DNA of 64,000 nucleotides, taken from the NCBI GenBank assembly GCA_903831805.1, contig CAIKZD010000009.1:8786-72785 (forward strand). The letters run 5' to 3'. The DNA is from an uncultured bacterium. GTDB taxonomy: Bacteria; Patescibacteriota; Minisyncoccia; Moranbacterales; UBA2206. Numbering within the stretch: the first letter of the stretch is position 1; each line of letters starts with the position of its first letter. Shown piece after piece: positions 38,054-47,927 of the stretch. Under the pieces are notes generated by a model, which did no database searches, was not told the DNA's origin, and saw only the letters and a program-made list of their open reading frames with translations. Both the position numbers and the translations under genes were made by a program.

Positions 38054-38791
38054 ATGAATGAGAGACATAAAAAAATATTAGCGGCCATTATTGAAGAATA
38101 TACCACTTCGGCTGTTCCGGTCGGCTCAAAAATCTTGTCGGACAAATATGATTTCAAAGTCAGTCCGGCCACTATTCGCAGCGACATGGCGGAATTGGAA
38201 GAGGGCGGTTTTCTCTATCAGACCCACATCAGTTCCGGCCGGATTCCGACAGACAAAGGTTATCGGCTGTTTGTGGAGGAAATCATGGGGGACAAAAAAT
38301 TGAGCCTGACTGAACAACGGAAGTTGCAATCGGAAATGTTGAAACTGAAAGCTCAGAACAAGCAGTTGTCGCGCGTGACCGCCAAGCTCTTGTCGTCGCT
38401 CAGTGGCAACTTGGTGATTAGCGGCCTGGAGAATGAATCGTATGATTTCGGGATGCGGGAACTTTTGGCCAAGCCGGAATTCCAGCATGTGGACGAATTT
38501 TGTCGTATTGCGGAAGCGCTGGACTATATCGATGAGAACGTGGAAGCCATTTTGGCCAAAGTGAAAGATGGGGAAACGAAAATTTTCATCGGCAGCGAAA
38601 ATCCGATCAAGGGGATTGATAATTGTTCCATGGTGGTGACGCCGTACACCACCAAGACCGGCGAAAAGGGTGTGCTGGCGATTGTGGGACCCAAAAGGAT
38701 GAAATATGCCAAGAATAAGTCACTGTTGGATTATGTGAAGAAAATGATCGGAGGAGTGGTAGTGATTGTTTTATTTATAAATATTATTTAG
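38054..38791 (+). CDS. hrcA: heat-inducible transcription repressor HrcA
   Basis: N-terminal winged helix ILAAIIEEYTTSAVPVGSKILSDKY...SPATIRSDMAELEEGGFL. Start at the internal ATG downstream of CIRCE. Confidence 0.75.
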   Translation: MNERHKKILAAIIEEYTTSAVPVGSKILSDKYDFKVSPATIRSDMAELEEGGFLYQTHISSGRIPTDKGYRLFVEEIMGDKKLSLTEQRKLQSEMLKLKAQNKQLSRVTAKLLSSLSGNLVISGLENESYDFGMRELLAKPEFQHVDEFCRIAEALDYIDENVEAILAKVKDGETKIFIGSENPIKGIDNCSMVVTPYTTKTGEKGVLAIVGPKRMKYAKNKSLLDYVKKMIGGVVVIVLFINII

Positions 38792-38842
38792 TTTTTTGAG
38801 AATGACAAATATAAAAAAATTTAAGCAGCTTAAAAAAAGCGT

Positions 38843-39727
38843 ATGGAGAATAAAAAAAATGAAGTTCAGCCCAAGTCGCGGGTGATGACGTTGACGATTA
38901 AGGCGGTGGTCTTGAACAGGGCCAATGAGGTGCTGGTTCTGCGGCGTTCGCAGGCTAATAAATATGGCATCGGGAAATATGATCTGCCGGGTGGGCATAT
39001 CGAAGAGAATGAGGGCTTACGCAGTTCTATCCTGCGGGAAATCAAAGAAGAAACCGGATTGGATGCGACCATGGGAGAAATCATTGATGTGGTGGAATTT
39101 CCGGAAGACTCTGCGCAGTTCAAGGAAGAAAAAAGAGGGCTGCGGTGTATCTGCTACGTCGATTCTGACGAGGTGGAACTGAGTCCGGAACATGATGAAT
39201 TCAAATGGGTACCTTTGGACATGGCGGCTGATATGTTCTCCGCAGAGGATGGTTTTGAGAAAGAAAAAAGAGAAACGGTTTTGAAAGCGCAAAAATATCT
39301 GGAGATGCAAGAAGCGACTGACAGATGGAAACGGGCGGCAGCGGACTTTGAAAATTATAAAAAAAGGCAACTGGAAGAACGGAAAGACATGATTGCGTTT
39401 TCTAATCTGAATTTGATGGCCGAAATCATCCCTGTCTTGGACAATTTCCACGCTTCGACGGATCACATCCCAAAAGAGCAAAAAGAAAATGCCTGGGTCA
39501 TCGGTATTATGCATATCCAGTCACAACTGGAAAAGGTGCTGGAAGATAATGGAGTGACGGAAATCAAAGTGGCGGTAGGAGAGGATTTTAACCCGGAAAT
39601 TATGGAAGCGCTGGGCAACGGAGGCGAGGAAAAAGGCGAATGTAAAAATATTGTCAGTAAGATTGTGCAGAAAGGATATAAAATGGGTGGCAGGATTGTG
39701 AGGGCGGCGAGAGTGATTGTGGAATAG
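38843..39727 (+). CDS. grpE: Nudix hydrolase domain fused to nucleotide-exchange factor GrpE
   Basis: Perfect Nudix box GGHIEENEGLRSSILREIKEETGL at the N-terminus. C-terminal half is GrpE-like (DFENYKKRQLEERKD..., GYKMGGRIVRAARVIV). Located between hrcA and dnaK. Confidence 0.7.
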   Translation: MENKKNEVQPKSRVMTLTIKAVVLNRANEVLVLRRSQANKYGIGKYDLPGGHIEENEGLRSSILREIKEETGLDATMGEIIDVVEFPEDSAQFKEEKRGLRCICYVDSDEVELSPEHDEFKWVPLDMAADMFSAEDGFEKEKRETVLKAQKYLEMQEATDRWKRAAADFENYKKRQLEERKDMIAFSNLNLMAEIIPVLDNFHASTDHIPKEQKENAWVIGIMHIQSQLEKVLEDNGVTEIKVAVGEDFNPEIMEALGNGGEEKGECKNIVSKIVQKGYKMGGRIVRAARVIVE

Positions 39728-39807
39728 AGATAATTCGTAGTAATAAAAATAATTTAATAAGACTATCAGACATTAAGAATTTAATGGAGGATGGTTAATA
39801 AAAAAGT

Positions 39808-41733
39808 ATGGCAAAAATATTAGGTATCGATTTGGGAACAACTAACTCAGCCATGGCTGTGGTGGAAGGCGGCAGTCCGACTATTTTGGAAAATAAGGAA
39901 GGAGTGCGCACGACGCCTTCGATTGTAGCGATTTCAAAATCCGGCGAACGTTTGGTGGGGCTTTTGGCCAAGCGCCAAGCGGTCACCAATCCGAGTAACA
40001 CTTTGTATTCCATTAAGCGTTTGATCGGCCGCGCGTTTTCGGACGAAGAAGTGCAGCGCGATATGAAACTGATGCCGTATAAGATCGAGCAAGCTGGCGG
40101 CAGTGTGAAGATCAAGATGGGGGATAAGGATTATACTCCGCAAGAAATTTCGGCCATGATTTTGGGCAAGCTCAAGGCGGACGCGGAAGAGAAATTGGGT
40201 GAAAAAATCACTGAAGCGGTCATCACCGTGCCGGCCTATTTTGATGATGCACAAAGAAAAGCCACTAAGGAAGCGGGCGAAATTGCGGGCCTCAATGTGC
40301 GCCGCATCATCAATGAACCGACCGCGGCGGCCTTGGCTTATGGTTTCAATAAGAAAAAAGACGAAAAAATTGCGGTCTACGACTTGGGCGGCGGTACTTT
40401 CGACATTTCCATTTTGGAAGTGGGCGACGACACCGTGGAAGTGAAATCGACCAACGGCGACACGCATTTGGGCGGCGACGATTTTGATCAAGTCATCATC
40501 AGTTGGATAATTTCAGAATTCAAAAAACAAGAAGGCATCGATTTGGGCAATGATCCATTGGCTCTGCAACGCATCAAAGAAGCGGCGGAGAAAGGCAAGA
40601 TTGAACTGTCGACGGCCGCCGAAACGGAAATCAATCAGCCGTTCATCACAACTGATGCTAATGGTCCGAAACACTTGGTGATGAAAATGACGCGCGCCAA
40701 ATTGGAAGAATTGGTGGGGGAACTGGTTGCGAAAACTTTGGAGCCGACCAAGAAAGCTTTGGCGGATGCAAAATTGTCCGTAACTGATATCAACGAAGTG
40801 GTGATGGTGGGCGGTATGACCCGCATGCCACTGGTCGTGAAAACGGTGGAAGAATTCTTCGGCAAGAAAGTTAACCTGACGGTGAACCCGGATGAAGTGG
40901 TGGCGCTCGGGGCGGCAATTCAAGGGGGCGTGCTACAAGGTGATGTGAAAGATGTTTTGCTGCTTGATGTTACTCCACTGACACTCGGCATTGAAACGAT
41001 GGGCGGCGTGCGCACTCCGCTCATTGAAAGGAATACGACCGTTCCAACTTCCAAATCGCAAGTCTTTTCCACGGCGGCCGACAATCAGCCTTCGGTGGAG
41101 ATTCATGTTTTGCAAGGCGAGCGCGAAATGGCGGCGGATAACAAAACTTTAGGCCGCTTTATCCTGGACGGCATCCCGCCATCTCCGCGCGGCATTCCGC
41201 AAGTGGAAGTCAGTTTTGACATTGACGCGAACGGTATTCTTAGTGTGAAGGCCAAAGACAAAGCTACGAACAAAGAACAATCCATCCGTATTGAAGCTTC
41301 CAGTGGACTGTCTAAAGAAGAAGTGGAAAAAATGAAAAAAGATGCGGAAGTGCACGCTGAAGAAGATAAGAAGAAAAAAGAAAAAGTGGAAATAAAAAAT
41401 ATGGCGGACACTTTGGTGTTCACCACCGAAAAAGCCTTGCGTGACGCGGGAGACAAAATCACCGCTGAAGAAAAGAAACCAGTGGAAGAAGCGATTGAGA
41501 ACTTGAAGAAAGTTAAGGAGGGCGAGGACGCGGAAGCTACTAAGAAAGCTACCGAAGAACTTTCCCTGGCGGCGCAAAAGATCGGGGAGAAATTATATAA
41601 AGCGGCAACTGATGCACAAGCGGCACAAACTCCGCCGACCGGCGACCCCGCCTCCGCTGAAGCTACGGCAGGCGAAGCAAAAACTGAACCGGAAGTGAAG
41701 GACGCAGAGACGAAAGAGGGAGAGGCGAAATAA
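39808..41733 (+). CDS. dnaK: molecular chaperone DnaK (Hsp70)
   Basis: [18 protein letters not shown], 641 aa. Confidence 0.95.
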   Translation: MAKILGIDLGTTNSAMAVVEGGSPTILENKEGVRTTPSIVAISKSGERLVGLLAKRQAVTNPSNTLYSIKRLIGRAFSDEEVQRDMKLMPYKIEQAGGSVKIKMGDKDYTPQEISAMILGKLKADAEEKLGEKITEAVITVPAYFDDAQRKATKEAGEIAGLNVRRIINEPTAAALAYGFNKKKDEKIAVYDLGGGTFDISILEVGDDTVEVKSTNGDTHLGGDDFDQVIISWIISEFKKQEGIDLGNDPLALQRIKEAAEKGKIELSTAAETEINQPFITTDANGPKHLVMKMTRAKLEELVGELVAKTLEPTKKALADAKLSVTDINEVVMVGGMTRMPLVVKTVEEFFGKKVNLTVNPDEVVALGAAIQGGVLQGDVKDVLLLDVTPLTLGIETMGGVRTPLIERNTTVPTSKSQVFSTAADNQPSVEIHVLQGEREMAADNKTLGRFILDGIPPSPRGIPQVEVSFDIDANGILSVKAKDKATNKEQSIRIEASSGLSKEEVEKMKKDAEVHAEEDKKKKEKVEIKNMADTLVFTTEKALRDAGDKITAEEKKPVEEAIENLKKVKEGEDAEATKKATEELSLAAQKIGEKLYKAATDAQAAQTPPTGDPASAEATAGEAKTEPEVKDAETKEGEAK

Positions 41734-41740
41734 AAAAAGC

Positions 41741-42510
41741 AAAAAATAGAGCGGACTAGCGGACTGTTCGTCGTAACCGACGGACCGTTCGCTTGGCTTA
41801 TCGTAACCGCGAACGGTCCGCTTATCGGAGTACCTCAAGCGAACAGTCCGCGGAAGTTAGTGAATATGAGTGTTGCAAAATATAAAATAAAAGATTCTTA
41901 TCCAGGTATGGTTTGCCATGTTTATAATAGGGGAGTGAATAAGGAAAAAATATTTAGAGATGAAAATGATTATGTTTTTTATTTGAAAAAAGTCAGGGAA
42001 TATAAGGAAAAATATGAGATAGATGTAATTTGCTATAGCTTTTTGGATAATCATTACCATTACATCCTAGAACAACTAGGAGAGGAGCCAATAACAAATT
42101 TTATGCGCTCGGTTCATACGAGCTATGGACAATATTTCAATAAAAAATATAATAGAGTAGGTCCGCTTTTTCAAGGGAGATTCAAACAGGCAGTACTGAA
42201 TGACAATAATTTTATTTATCTATCCGCTTATGTGAACGCCAATGCTCAAATTCATGGAATTATTGATAAGGCTGAAGAGCATAGGTGGTGCAGTTACCCT
42301 GATTATCTGGGATTGAGAAATGGGACCTTGTGCAATAAAGCAAGAATACTAGATCAGTTTAAGGATATATTGGAGTATAGAGGATTTGTTGAAGAAAATG
42401 TGAAGGAGTTTAAAATTAAAAAAGAAGCAGATAAATTCATACTAGAGGATTGAGTGAATATAACTTAGCGAACGGTCCGCTGATTACAGCGAACAGTCCG
42501 CTAAATTTAG
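41741..42510 (+). mobile_element. IS200/REPtron-like unit: HUH Y1 transposase flanked by inverted REP-like palindrome clusters (GCGAACNGTCCGC / GCGGACNGTTCGC)
   Basis: Left cluster 41746-41853 (4 units, nested inverted) and right cluster 42465-42504 (2 units) in opposite orientation. About 770 bp. Confidence 0.65.
41866..42453 (+). CDS. tnpA: IS200/IS605-family TnpA / REP-associated tyrosine transposase (RAYT)-like
   Basis: HUH motif DNHYHYIL, about 195 aa, flanked by REP-like palindromes. Confidence 0.7.
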   Translation: MSVAKYKIKDSYPGMVCHVYNRGVNKEKIFRDENDYVFYLKKVREYKEKYEIDVICYSFLDNHYHYILEQLGEEPITNFMRSVHTSYGQYFNKKYNRVGPLFQGRFKQAVLNDNNFIYLSAYVNANAQIHGIIDKAEEHRWCSYPDYLGLRNGTLCNKARILDQFKDILEYRGFVEENVKEFKIKKEADKFILED

Positions 42511-42520
42511 TAGAACAATT

Positions 42521-43648
42521 ATGGCGGAAAATTATTACGATTTATTAGGCGTTTCAAAAGGCGCGTCGGACGATGAGATTAAGAAAGCATATCGCCGAGC
42601 GGCGCATCAGCATCATCCGGACAAATCCGGTGGAGATGAGGCCAAGTTCAAAAAAATCAACGAAGCTTATCAAGTTTTGTCTGACAAATCGAAACGCGCG
42701 CAATATGACCAATTCGGGCAAACCTTTAACGGCGGGCAGGGTAGTTTTGGCGGTGGCTCAACCGGCGGTCAAGGCTTTGGCGGATTCGATTTTTCCGGTT
42801 TTGATTTCGGTCAAGCCGGTGGGAGTGGCAATTTTGACGGGGTGGATTTTGAAGATATTTTTTCCAATATTTTTGGCGGCGGCGGAGGCGGAAGTTCACG
42901 CACACGCGGACGTCAATCAGGTCGCGGCCAAGACATTCAAGTGGACATCGAAATCACTTTTGCCGAAATGGTGAATGGCGCACGGAAAAAAGTGCGGCTG
43001 TATAAAAACGCCAAGTGTGATCATTGCCAAGGCAGTGGCGGCGAACCGGGATCGAGCATTAAGACTTGTCCAACCTGTAAAGGCTCAGGCCAAGTGCATA
43101 AAATTACCCGAAGTTTTCTGGGCTCTTTTTCGCAAGTGAGCGTTTGTCCGGAATGCGAAGGGCAGGGCCAGATGTATGAAAAAAAATGCTCAGTCTGCCG
43201 TGGCGATGGGCGAGTGAAGAAAGAAGAAGAGATTGAAATCAATGTGCCCGCCGGCATAGAAAGTGGCCAGACGATTTCGCTCCGTGGGGCAGGCGAAGCG
43301 GGGAAGAATGGTGCGGCTGCCGGGGACTTGTATATTCTTGTGCGAGTGGCCACACATCGCAAGTTTACACGCAGTGGTCTGGATATTCTGAGCCAAGAAG
43401 AAATCAGTTTTTCCATGGCGGCGCTCGGTGGCGAGATTGGGATTGAAACTATTGAAGGTAATTTGATCTTGAAAATTCCGACTGGCACACAATCGGGTGA
43501 AACGTTCCGGATTAAGAACCAGGGCGTGCCGGATCTGCACGGTCGCGGTCGCGGACATCATTTGGTGAAAATTGTGGTGCGGATTCCGAAGCACATCAGT
43601 CGCGAACAAAAAAGGCTGATTGATGAACTCAAAAATTTGGGGGAATAA
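42521..43648 (+). CDS. dnaJ: molecular chaperone DnaJ
   Basis: J domain YYDLLGV...HPD. Gly-rich linker. Four CxxCxGxG repeats. Confidence 0.9.
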   Translation: MAENYYDLLGVSKGASDDEIKKAYRRAAHQHHPDKSGGDEAKFKKINEAYQVLSDKSKRAQYDQFGQTFNGGQGSFGGGSTGGQGFGGFDFSGFDFGQAGGSGNFDGVDFEDIFSNIFGGGGGGSSRTRGRQSGRGQDIQVDIEITFAEMVNGARKKVRLYKNAKCDHCQGSGGEPGSSIKTCPTCKGSGQVHKITRSFLGSFSQVSVCPECEGQGQMYEKKCSVCRGDGRVKKEEEIEINVPAGIESGQTISLRGAGEAGKNGAAAGDLYILVRVATHRKFTRSGLDILSQEEISFSMAALGGEIGIETIEGNLILKIPTGTQSGETFRIKNQGVPDLHGRGRGHHLVKIVVRIPKHISREQKRLIDELKNLGE

Positions 43649-43696
43649 TTTTTGGGAAAGTTGTGGTATAATATAAAAACAAAATAAAAAAAAATT

Positions 43697-44197
43697 ATGA
43701 ATCTGAATTCTATTCTTGCTCAATTAGGAATCTCAGCCAGCATGACCCAAGATGTTACGTTACTCTTGGCGCTTCTTCTGGTCAGTTTCATCTTCGGAAT
43801 GTTTGTCGGCCGCACTAGGCTCATTACGGTGGTGATCAACACTTATGTGGCGTTTGCCATTCTGGCCGTCATTCCCAAGACTTATCTGACGGATTATAAT
43901 ACGGCGCTTCTGACTTTCTTCGCTCTCTTGGTAGTGCTGACTATTTTTGGCAAAAAGATTTTTGAAATTTCCATTTCCGGCTCCGGCCCGGACTTTCTCT
44001 GGCGGGTGTTCGGGGTGAGTTTTTTGGAAGTGCTTTTGCTGGTCAGTATCGCCATCTCTCTGATGCCCAAAAAAGTCGCCTTGGTCTATGTCTCCAAAAC
44101 GGCTTATGACTATCTGGCCGCACCCAACTTCCAACTGTTGTGGATGGTTTTGCCGCTCATCGGTGTGCTGCTTATCCATAAGAAGCTGAACCGTTAG
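43697..44197 (+). CDS. hypothetical membrane protein
   Basis: 166 aa, 4-5 hydrophobic helices. Confidence 0.5.
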   Translation: MNLNSILAQLGISASMTQDVTLLLALLLVSFIFGMFVGRTRLITVVINTYVAFAILAVIPKTYLTDYNTALLTFFALLVVLTIFGKKIFEISISGSGPDFLWRVFGVSFLEVLLLVSIAISLMPKKVALVYVSKTAYDYLAAPNFQLLWMVLPLIGVLLIHKKLNR

Positions 44198-44198
44198 T

Positions 44199-44356
44199 TG
44201 TCATTCTGAGCGAAGCCTGTACTCGGGCGCAGTCGAAGAATCTGCTTTGTGTAACCACACTAGTTTTCCTATAAATCACAAGACTTGAGGTAATCACGGG
44301 TAGATCCTTCGACTGCGTTCCTCCGCTAGCGCGTCGTCACTCCGCTCAGGATGACA
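44199..44356 (+). repeat. 160-bp hairpin/MITE-like repeat element, copy 2
   Basis: About 88% identical to 9575..9734. Starts 2 nt after the upstream stop codon. Confidence 0.8.
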
Positions 44357-44367
44357 ATATCCTTGTA

Positions 44368-44395
44368 TTGACTAAAATTGCGAGAGTGATATAAT
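44368..44395 (+). promoter_or_regulatory. sigma70-type promoter TTGACT-16-TATAAT driving tRNA genes
   Basis: Near-consensus hexamers 28 nt upstream of the tRNA-like fragment. Confidence 0.6.
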
Positions 44396-44423
44396 GGCAA
44401 AGTTGTTCCATTCATTTAAATAT

Positions 44424-44473
44424 GCGCCTATAGCTCAGTTGGTAGATCCGCCAGCTGGCGGACTTATAGGCGG
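44424..44473 (+). pseudogene. 50-nt tRNA-Lys-derived pseudo-tRNA or mini-tRNA-like element
   Basis: First 24 nt identical to tRNA-Lys (acceptor + D arm). Then a ccgcc-agct-ggcgg hairpin. The 3' end tataggcg pairs with the 5' cgcctata. No anticodon or T arm. Confidence 0.5.
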
Positions 44474-44506
44474 GGATATCATATTTAAGAAATAAAAATT
44501 TACAAT

Positions 44507-44579
44507 GCGCCTATAGCTCAGTTGGTAGAGCAGTTGCCTTTTAAGCAAACGGTCCCTGGTTCGAGTCCAGGTGGGCGCA
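44507..44579 (+). tRNA. tRNA-Lys (anticodon TTT)
   Basis: Cloverleaf: acceptor gcgccta/tgggcgc, D arm gctc-agttggta-gagc, anticodon loop cuUUUaa, T arm cctgg-ttcgagt-ccagg. Confidence 0.75.
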
Positions 44580-44663
44580 CAAATAAAATTTTGAATTTTT
44601 AAAACAGTCTGGAGGCTGTTTTTTGTTTCAATTTGGCTTTTGTTTTACAATCAATTTAACTAG

Positions 44664-44770
44664 CTTCCGCGGACTGTTCGCTTGAGGTACTCCGACAAGT
44701 GGACCGTTCGCGTTTACTTAAAGCTAAGCGAACGGTCCGTCGATTACGACGAACAGTCCGCTCTATTTTT
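44664..44770 (-). repeat. REP/BIME-like palindrome cluster, inverted copy of 41741-41860 (about 90% identity as reverse complement)
   Basis: Reverse complement of cluster 1 aligns along about 115 bp, including linker sequences. Confidence 0.75.
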
Positions 44771-44860
44771 TTAAAAAGTCAACCAATTTGGCTTTTATTT
44801 CTGGTATGGTATAATTAGACGGTGGAAGAAGCATATAATAAAAATGAAAAATTTAAGCAG

Positions 44861-45934
44861 ATGAAGAGTATTAAAGCTGTAGTAGGAATAATTTTTTTGA
44901 CGTTAATCCTTTCGGGCTGTGCTGTGGCGCCGCCAAAAAGTGCCACCGGGCCGGTGACCTTCACTTTTTCGCAAAGTCTATGGAAATCGCTGGATGGCGG
45001 GGGAACGTGGAAAGTGCAGAATAAAGGCGAAGGCAAGGCCAATACGACCGGGGTGGCAGTCTTGAATATGACGGTCAATCCATACGATGGCAACAATGCC
45101 TATTTCGGACTGAAAAGCGGCGGCATTATGGAAACAGTGAATGGCGGTGAGACTTGGAAATTCATGAGCAATTTCATCTCGGAAAAGGTGTATGGCTTGG
45201 CACTTGATCCGACGACTGGCAAAACTCTTTATGCCAGCGCGGTTTGGCAAGGCACCGGGAAAATTTTCAAAACAGATGATGACGGAACCACTTGGAAGGA
45301 AATCTATACCAGTCCGGCCGGTGGGCCATTGGTTATTTCGCTCATGATTAGCCAAAAAAATCCTAATGTGATTTATGCTACCACCAGCGACAACGCCGTG
45401 ATTAAAAGTGTGGATGCCGGGGCCAGCTGGAGAAGCATCTATACAGCGAGCGCGCCCATCTTGAAAATCGCTGAAGATGCGAGCAATGGAAATGTGCTGT
45501 ATGCTATCACCAACACCGGTTTGCTTTTCCGCAGCCAGGATGGCGGAGAGAAATTCGAAGATATCACGGCCAATGTGGGCAAGGCGACCAAAAATTATGG
45601 CGGCAGCGGTGGGGCGGTGTTGGAAGCGGATCCGAGTGTGGCTGGGCGCGTCTATTTGGCCGGCACTTCCGGATTGGTAGTGAGCGATGACACGGGAGAC
45701 AACTGGCGCGCTATTTCTACCCTGAACAATCCGCAAACTTTTCCGATCAAAGCCTTGGCCATCAATCCGAAGAATCCCAGAGAAATCATTTGTGGCGCGG
45801 TGCAAGCCACATATAAGTCAGTCGATGGTGGAGAGAATTGGATCACGGCTCAATTTGACAACAAAATGGCCATTCGGACACTAAAATACAATCCGTCCAA
45901 TCCAAGCGAAATTTATGTAGGATTTACTAATTAA
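44861..45934 (+). CDS. BNR/Asp-box repeat beta-propeller lipoprotein (Ycf48/sialidase-like fold)
   Basis: Lipobox LILSGC. Seven or more S/T-x-D-G-G-x-T/S-W repeats. Preceded by an extended -10 TGGTATAAT. Start could alternatively be the upstream GTG at 44822. Confidence 0.65.
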   Translation: MKSIKAVVGIIFLTLILSGCAVAPPKSATGPVTFTFSQSLWKSLDGGGTWKVQNKGEGKANTTGVAVLNMTVNPYDGNNAYFGLKSGGIMETVNGGETWKFMSNFISEKVYGLALDPTTGKTLYASAVWQGTGKIFKTDDDGTTWKEIYTSPAGGPLVISLMISQKNPNVIYATTSDNAVIKSVDAGASWRSIYTASAPILKIAEDASNGNVLYAITNTGLLFRSQDGGEKFEDITANVGKATKNYGGSGGAVLEADPSVAGRVYLAGTSGLVVSDDTGDNWRAISTLNNPQTFPIKALAINPKNPREIICGAVQATYKSVDGGENWITAQFDNKMAIRTLKYNPSNPSEIYVGFTN

Positions 45935-45945
45935 CATTCAAATAT

Positions 45946-46503
45946 ATGATTGACGAAATAATCACAAAGAGTGAGCCTCAGTTCGAGAAAGCGATGGAAT
46001 TCATGAAAGAAGAGTTGGGAAAATTGCGCACTGGGCGGGCCTCAGTCTCGTTGGTGGAAAATTTACAAGTGGACTATTACGGCGCGAAGTCAGTGTTGAA
46101 ACAAATGGCCAGTATTACCATACCGGAAGCGCGCACCATCGCCATCACGCCGTGGGACCGCGACAGCTTGGTGAATATTGAAAAAGCTATTCGGGATTCG
46201 CAACTCAATCTCAATCCGGTCAATGACGGACAACTTATCCGCATCAACATCCCGGCTTTAAACGAAGAACGACGCAAAGAATTGGTAAAAGTCTTAAATC
46301 AAAACACGGAGAGCGCGCGTATCGCCGTGCGTAAAATCCGCGAGAGTCTTTGGGAAGAAATCCAAGAAGCGGAAAAAGCCGGAAAAATTTCCGAAGATGA
46401 CAAATTTTCCGGTAAAGAAAAATTGCAAAAAGTGGTGGATAAATATAACCAAAGGATAGAAGAGATTCGTGAGAAAAAAGAAACGGAGATAATGACAGTG
46501 TAA
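45946..46503 (+). CDS. frr: ribosome recycling factor
   Basis: 185 aa, RRF family. Confidence 0.85.
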   Translation: MIDEIITKSEPQFEKAMEFMKEELGKLRTGRASVSLVENLQVDYYGAKSVLKQMASITIPEARTIAITPWDRDSLVNIEKAIRDSQLNLNPVNDGQLIRINIPALNEERRKELVKVLNQNTESARIAVRKIRESLWEEIQEAEKAGKISEDDKFSGKEKLQKVVDKYNQRIEEIREKKETEIMTV

Positions 46504-46521
46504 TAAAAAATTTACAAAACT

Positions 46522-47721
46522 ATGTTTGCAGTTATAATCTTCATCATCATCCTGGGCGTGCTTATCTTTGTCCATGAGTTGGGCCATTTTGTGACGGCGC
46601 GCAGAAACGGCATCCGGGCCAGTGAATTCGGTTTCGGTTTTCCGCCGCGTATTGTCGGTTTTCAATCGTTGAATAAGGCAGGTCAAAAAAGGAAATGGCG
46701 CATCGTCTGGGGCACCCAAGATGGCGATGATGAAAATGAGAAAAAAGATTTGGCTGAGGCGCACGAAAAGAATTTGGCGGGTGGCACGATCTATTCTTTG
46801 AATTGGATTCCGCTCGGCGGATTTGTGAAGATCAAAGGCGAAGACGGCGGCAATGCCGGAGATCGAGACAGTTTTGCTTCTAAGTCTGGCTGGGTCAGGA
46901 CAAAAGTTTTGGCAGCCGGCGTGGCGATGAATTTTGTTTTGGCCTGGTTTTTGCTGTCTCTGGTTTTTATGATTGGTGCGCCGCAAGCCGTTGACTCGAG
47001 TGTACCGGGGCAGAGTAATCAAAACTTGAAAATTCAAATTGCCGATGTGGTTCCCGGCGCGCCAGCCGAAAAAGCTGGAATCAAGATTGGGGATCAGATT
47101 CTCGGGTTTAAGGTTGGCGCCGGCGAAAACACCAAACCGCAAGATGTGAAAGGCGTACAGGATTTTGTGAATGCGCATAAAGGAGAAAATGTCGCTTTTT
47201 CAATCAAGCGGGGAGACCAACTGCTTAATTTGAATGTAGTTCCGCGCGTGGACGCGCCCAAAGATCAAGGCGCTTTAGGGGTCAGCCTCGCAGAAACGGT
47301 CATCGTGCGCTATTCTTGGTACCAAGCTATTTGGGAAGGGGCCAAAACTACCCTGAACCTGATTGAAATGATTTTCTTGGCGCTACTGGGAATTTTGCAT
47401 AGTCTCTTTATGGGCAAAGGCGCCGGGGCGGATGTGAGCGGCCCGATCGGCATCGCAGTCATCACTAAAGAAGTGGCCGGTCTTGGGTTGGTCTATGTCC
47501 TGCAATTTGCGGCGCTCCTCAGCGTGAACCTTGGTATTATTAATATCCTGCCGATTCCGGCCCTCGACGGCGGCCGCATTCTGTTCATTTTGATCGAAAA
47601 AATCAAAGGTTCGCCGGTCAGCGCCAAAGTGGAACAAACGTTCCATTCTATCGGTTTCATCCTGCTCATTGGACTTCTGGTTTTGGTAACCTTTCGGGAT
47701 GTGTTACATTATGTGAAATAG
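46522..47721 (+). CDS. rseP: RIP zinc metalloprotease RseP (site-2 protease)
   Basis: HELGHF, PDZ domain (IADVVPGAPAEKAGIKIGDQIL), C-terminal LDGG motif. Confidence 0.8.
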   Translation: MFAVIIFIIILGVLIFVHELGHFVTARRNGIRASEFGFGFPPRIVGFQSLNKAGQKRKWRIVWGTQDGDDENEKKDLAEAHEKNLAGGTIYSLNWIPLGGFVKIKGEDGGNAGDRDSFASKSGWVRTKVLAAGVAMNFVLAWFLLSLVFMIGAPQAVDSSVPGQSNQNLKIQIADVVPGAPAEKAGIKIGDQILGFKVGAGENTKPQDVKGVQDFVNAHKGENVAFSIKRGDQLLNLNVVPRVDAPKDQGALGVSLAETVIVRYSWYQAIWEGAKTTLNLIEMIFLALLGILHSLFMGKGAGADVSGPIGIAVITKEVAGLGLVYVLQFAALLSVNLGIINILPIPALDGGRILFILIEKIKGSPVSAKVEQTFHSIGFILLIGLLVLVTFRDVLHYVK

Positions 47722-47927
47722 AAAAATTTTGCCAATTAAAAAAGGACTTAATGTGTTGCGCGTTAAGCCCTTATTTTCTGAAAATAAACACTTTCGTTCG
47801 ACTTTGACAGCGAGCCGGTTTTCCTGTAAACTTACAAAGATAAAATAAACATACAGCACTTAATTGGAAACAAAAATATTCTTGCCAAGAAGAGGTGGTT
47901 TTTTGTTTCTGAAATATTTGAAAATAA

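Noticed and set aside
44822-44860. GTG start at 44822 for the BNR lipoprotein
   Set aside because: The extended -10 promoter ends at 44815, so 44822 would be essentially at the transcription start with no room for a Shine-Dalgarno. ATG 44861 precedes the signal peptide. Kept as an alternative (leaderless start possible).
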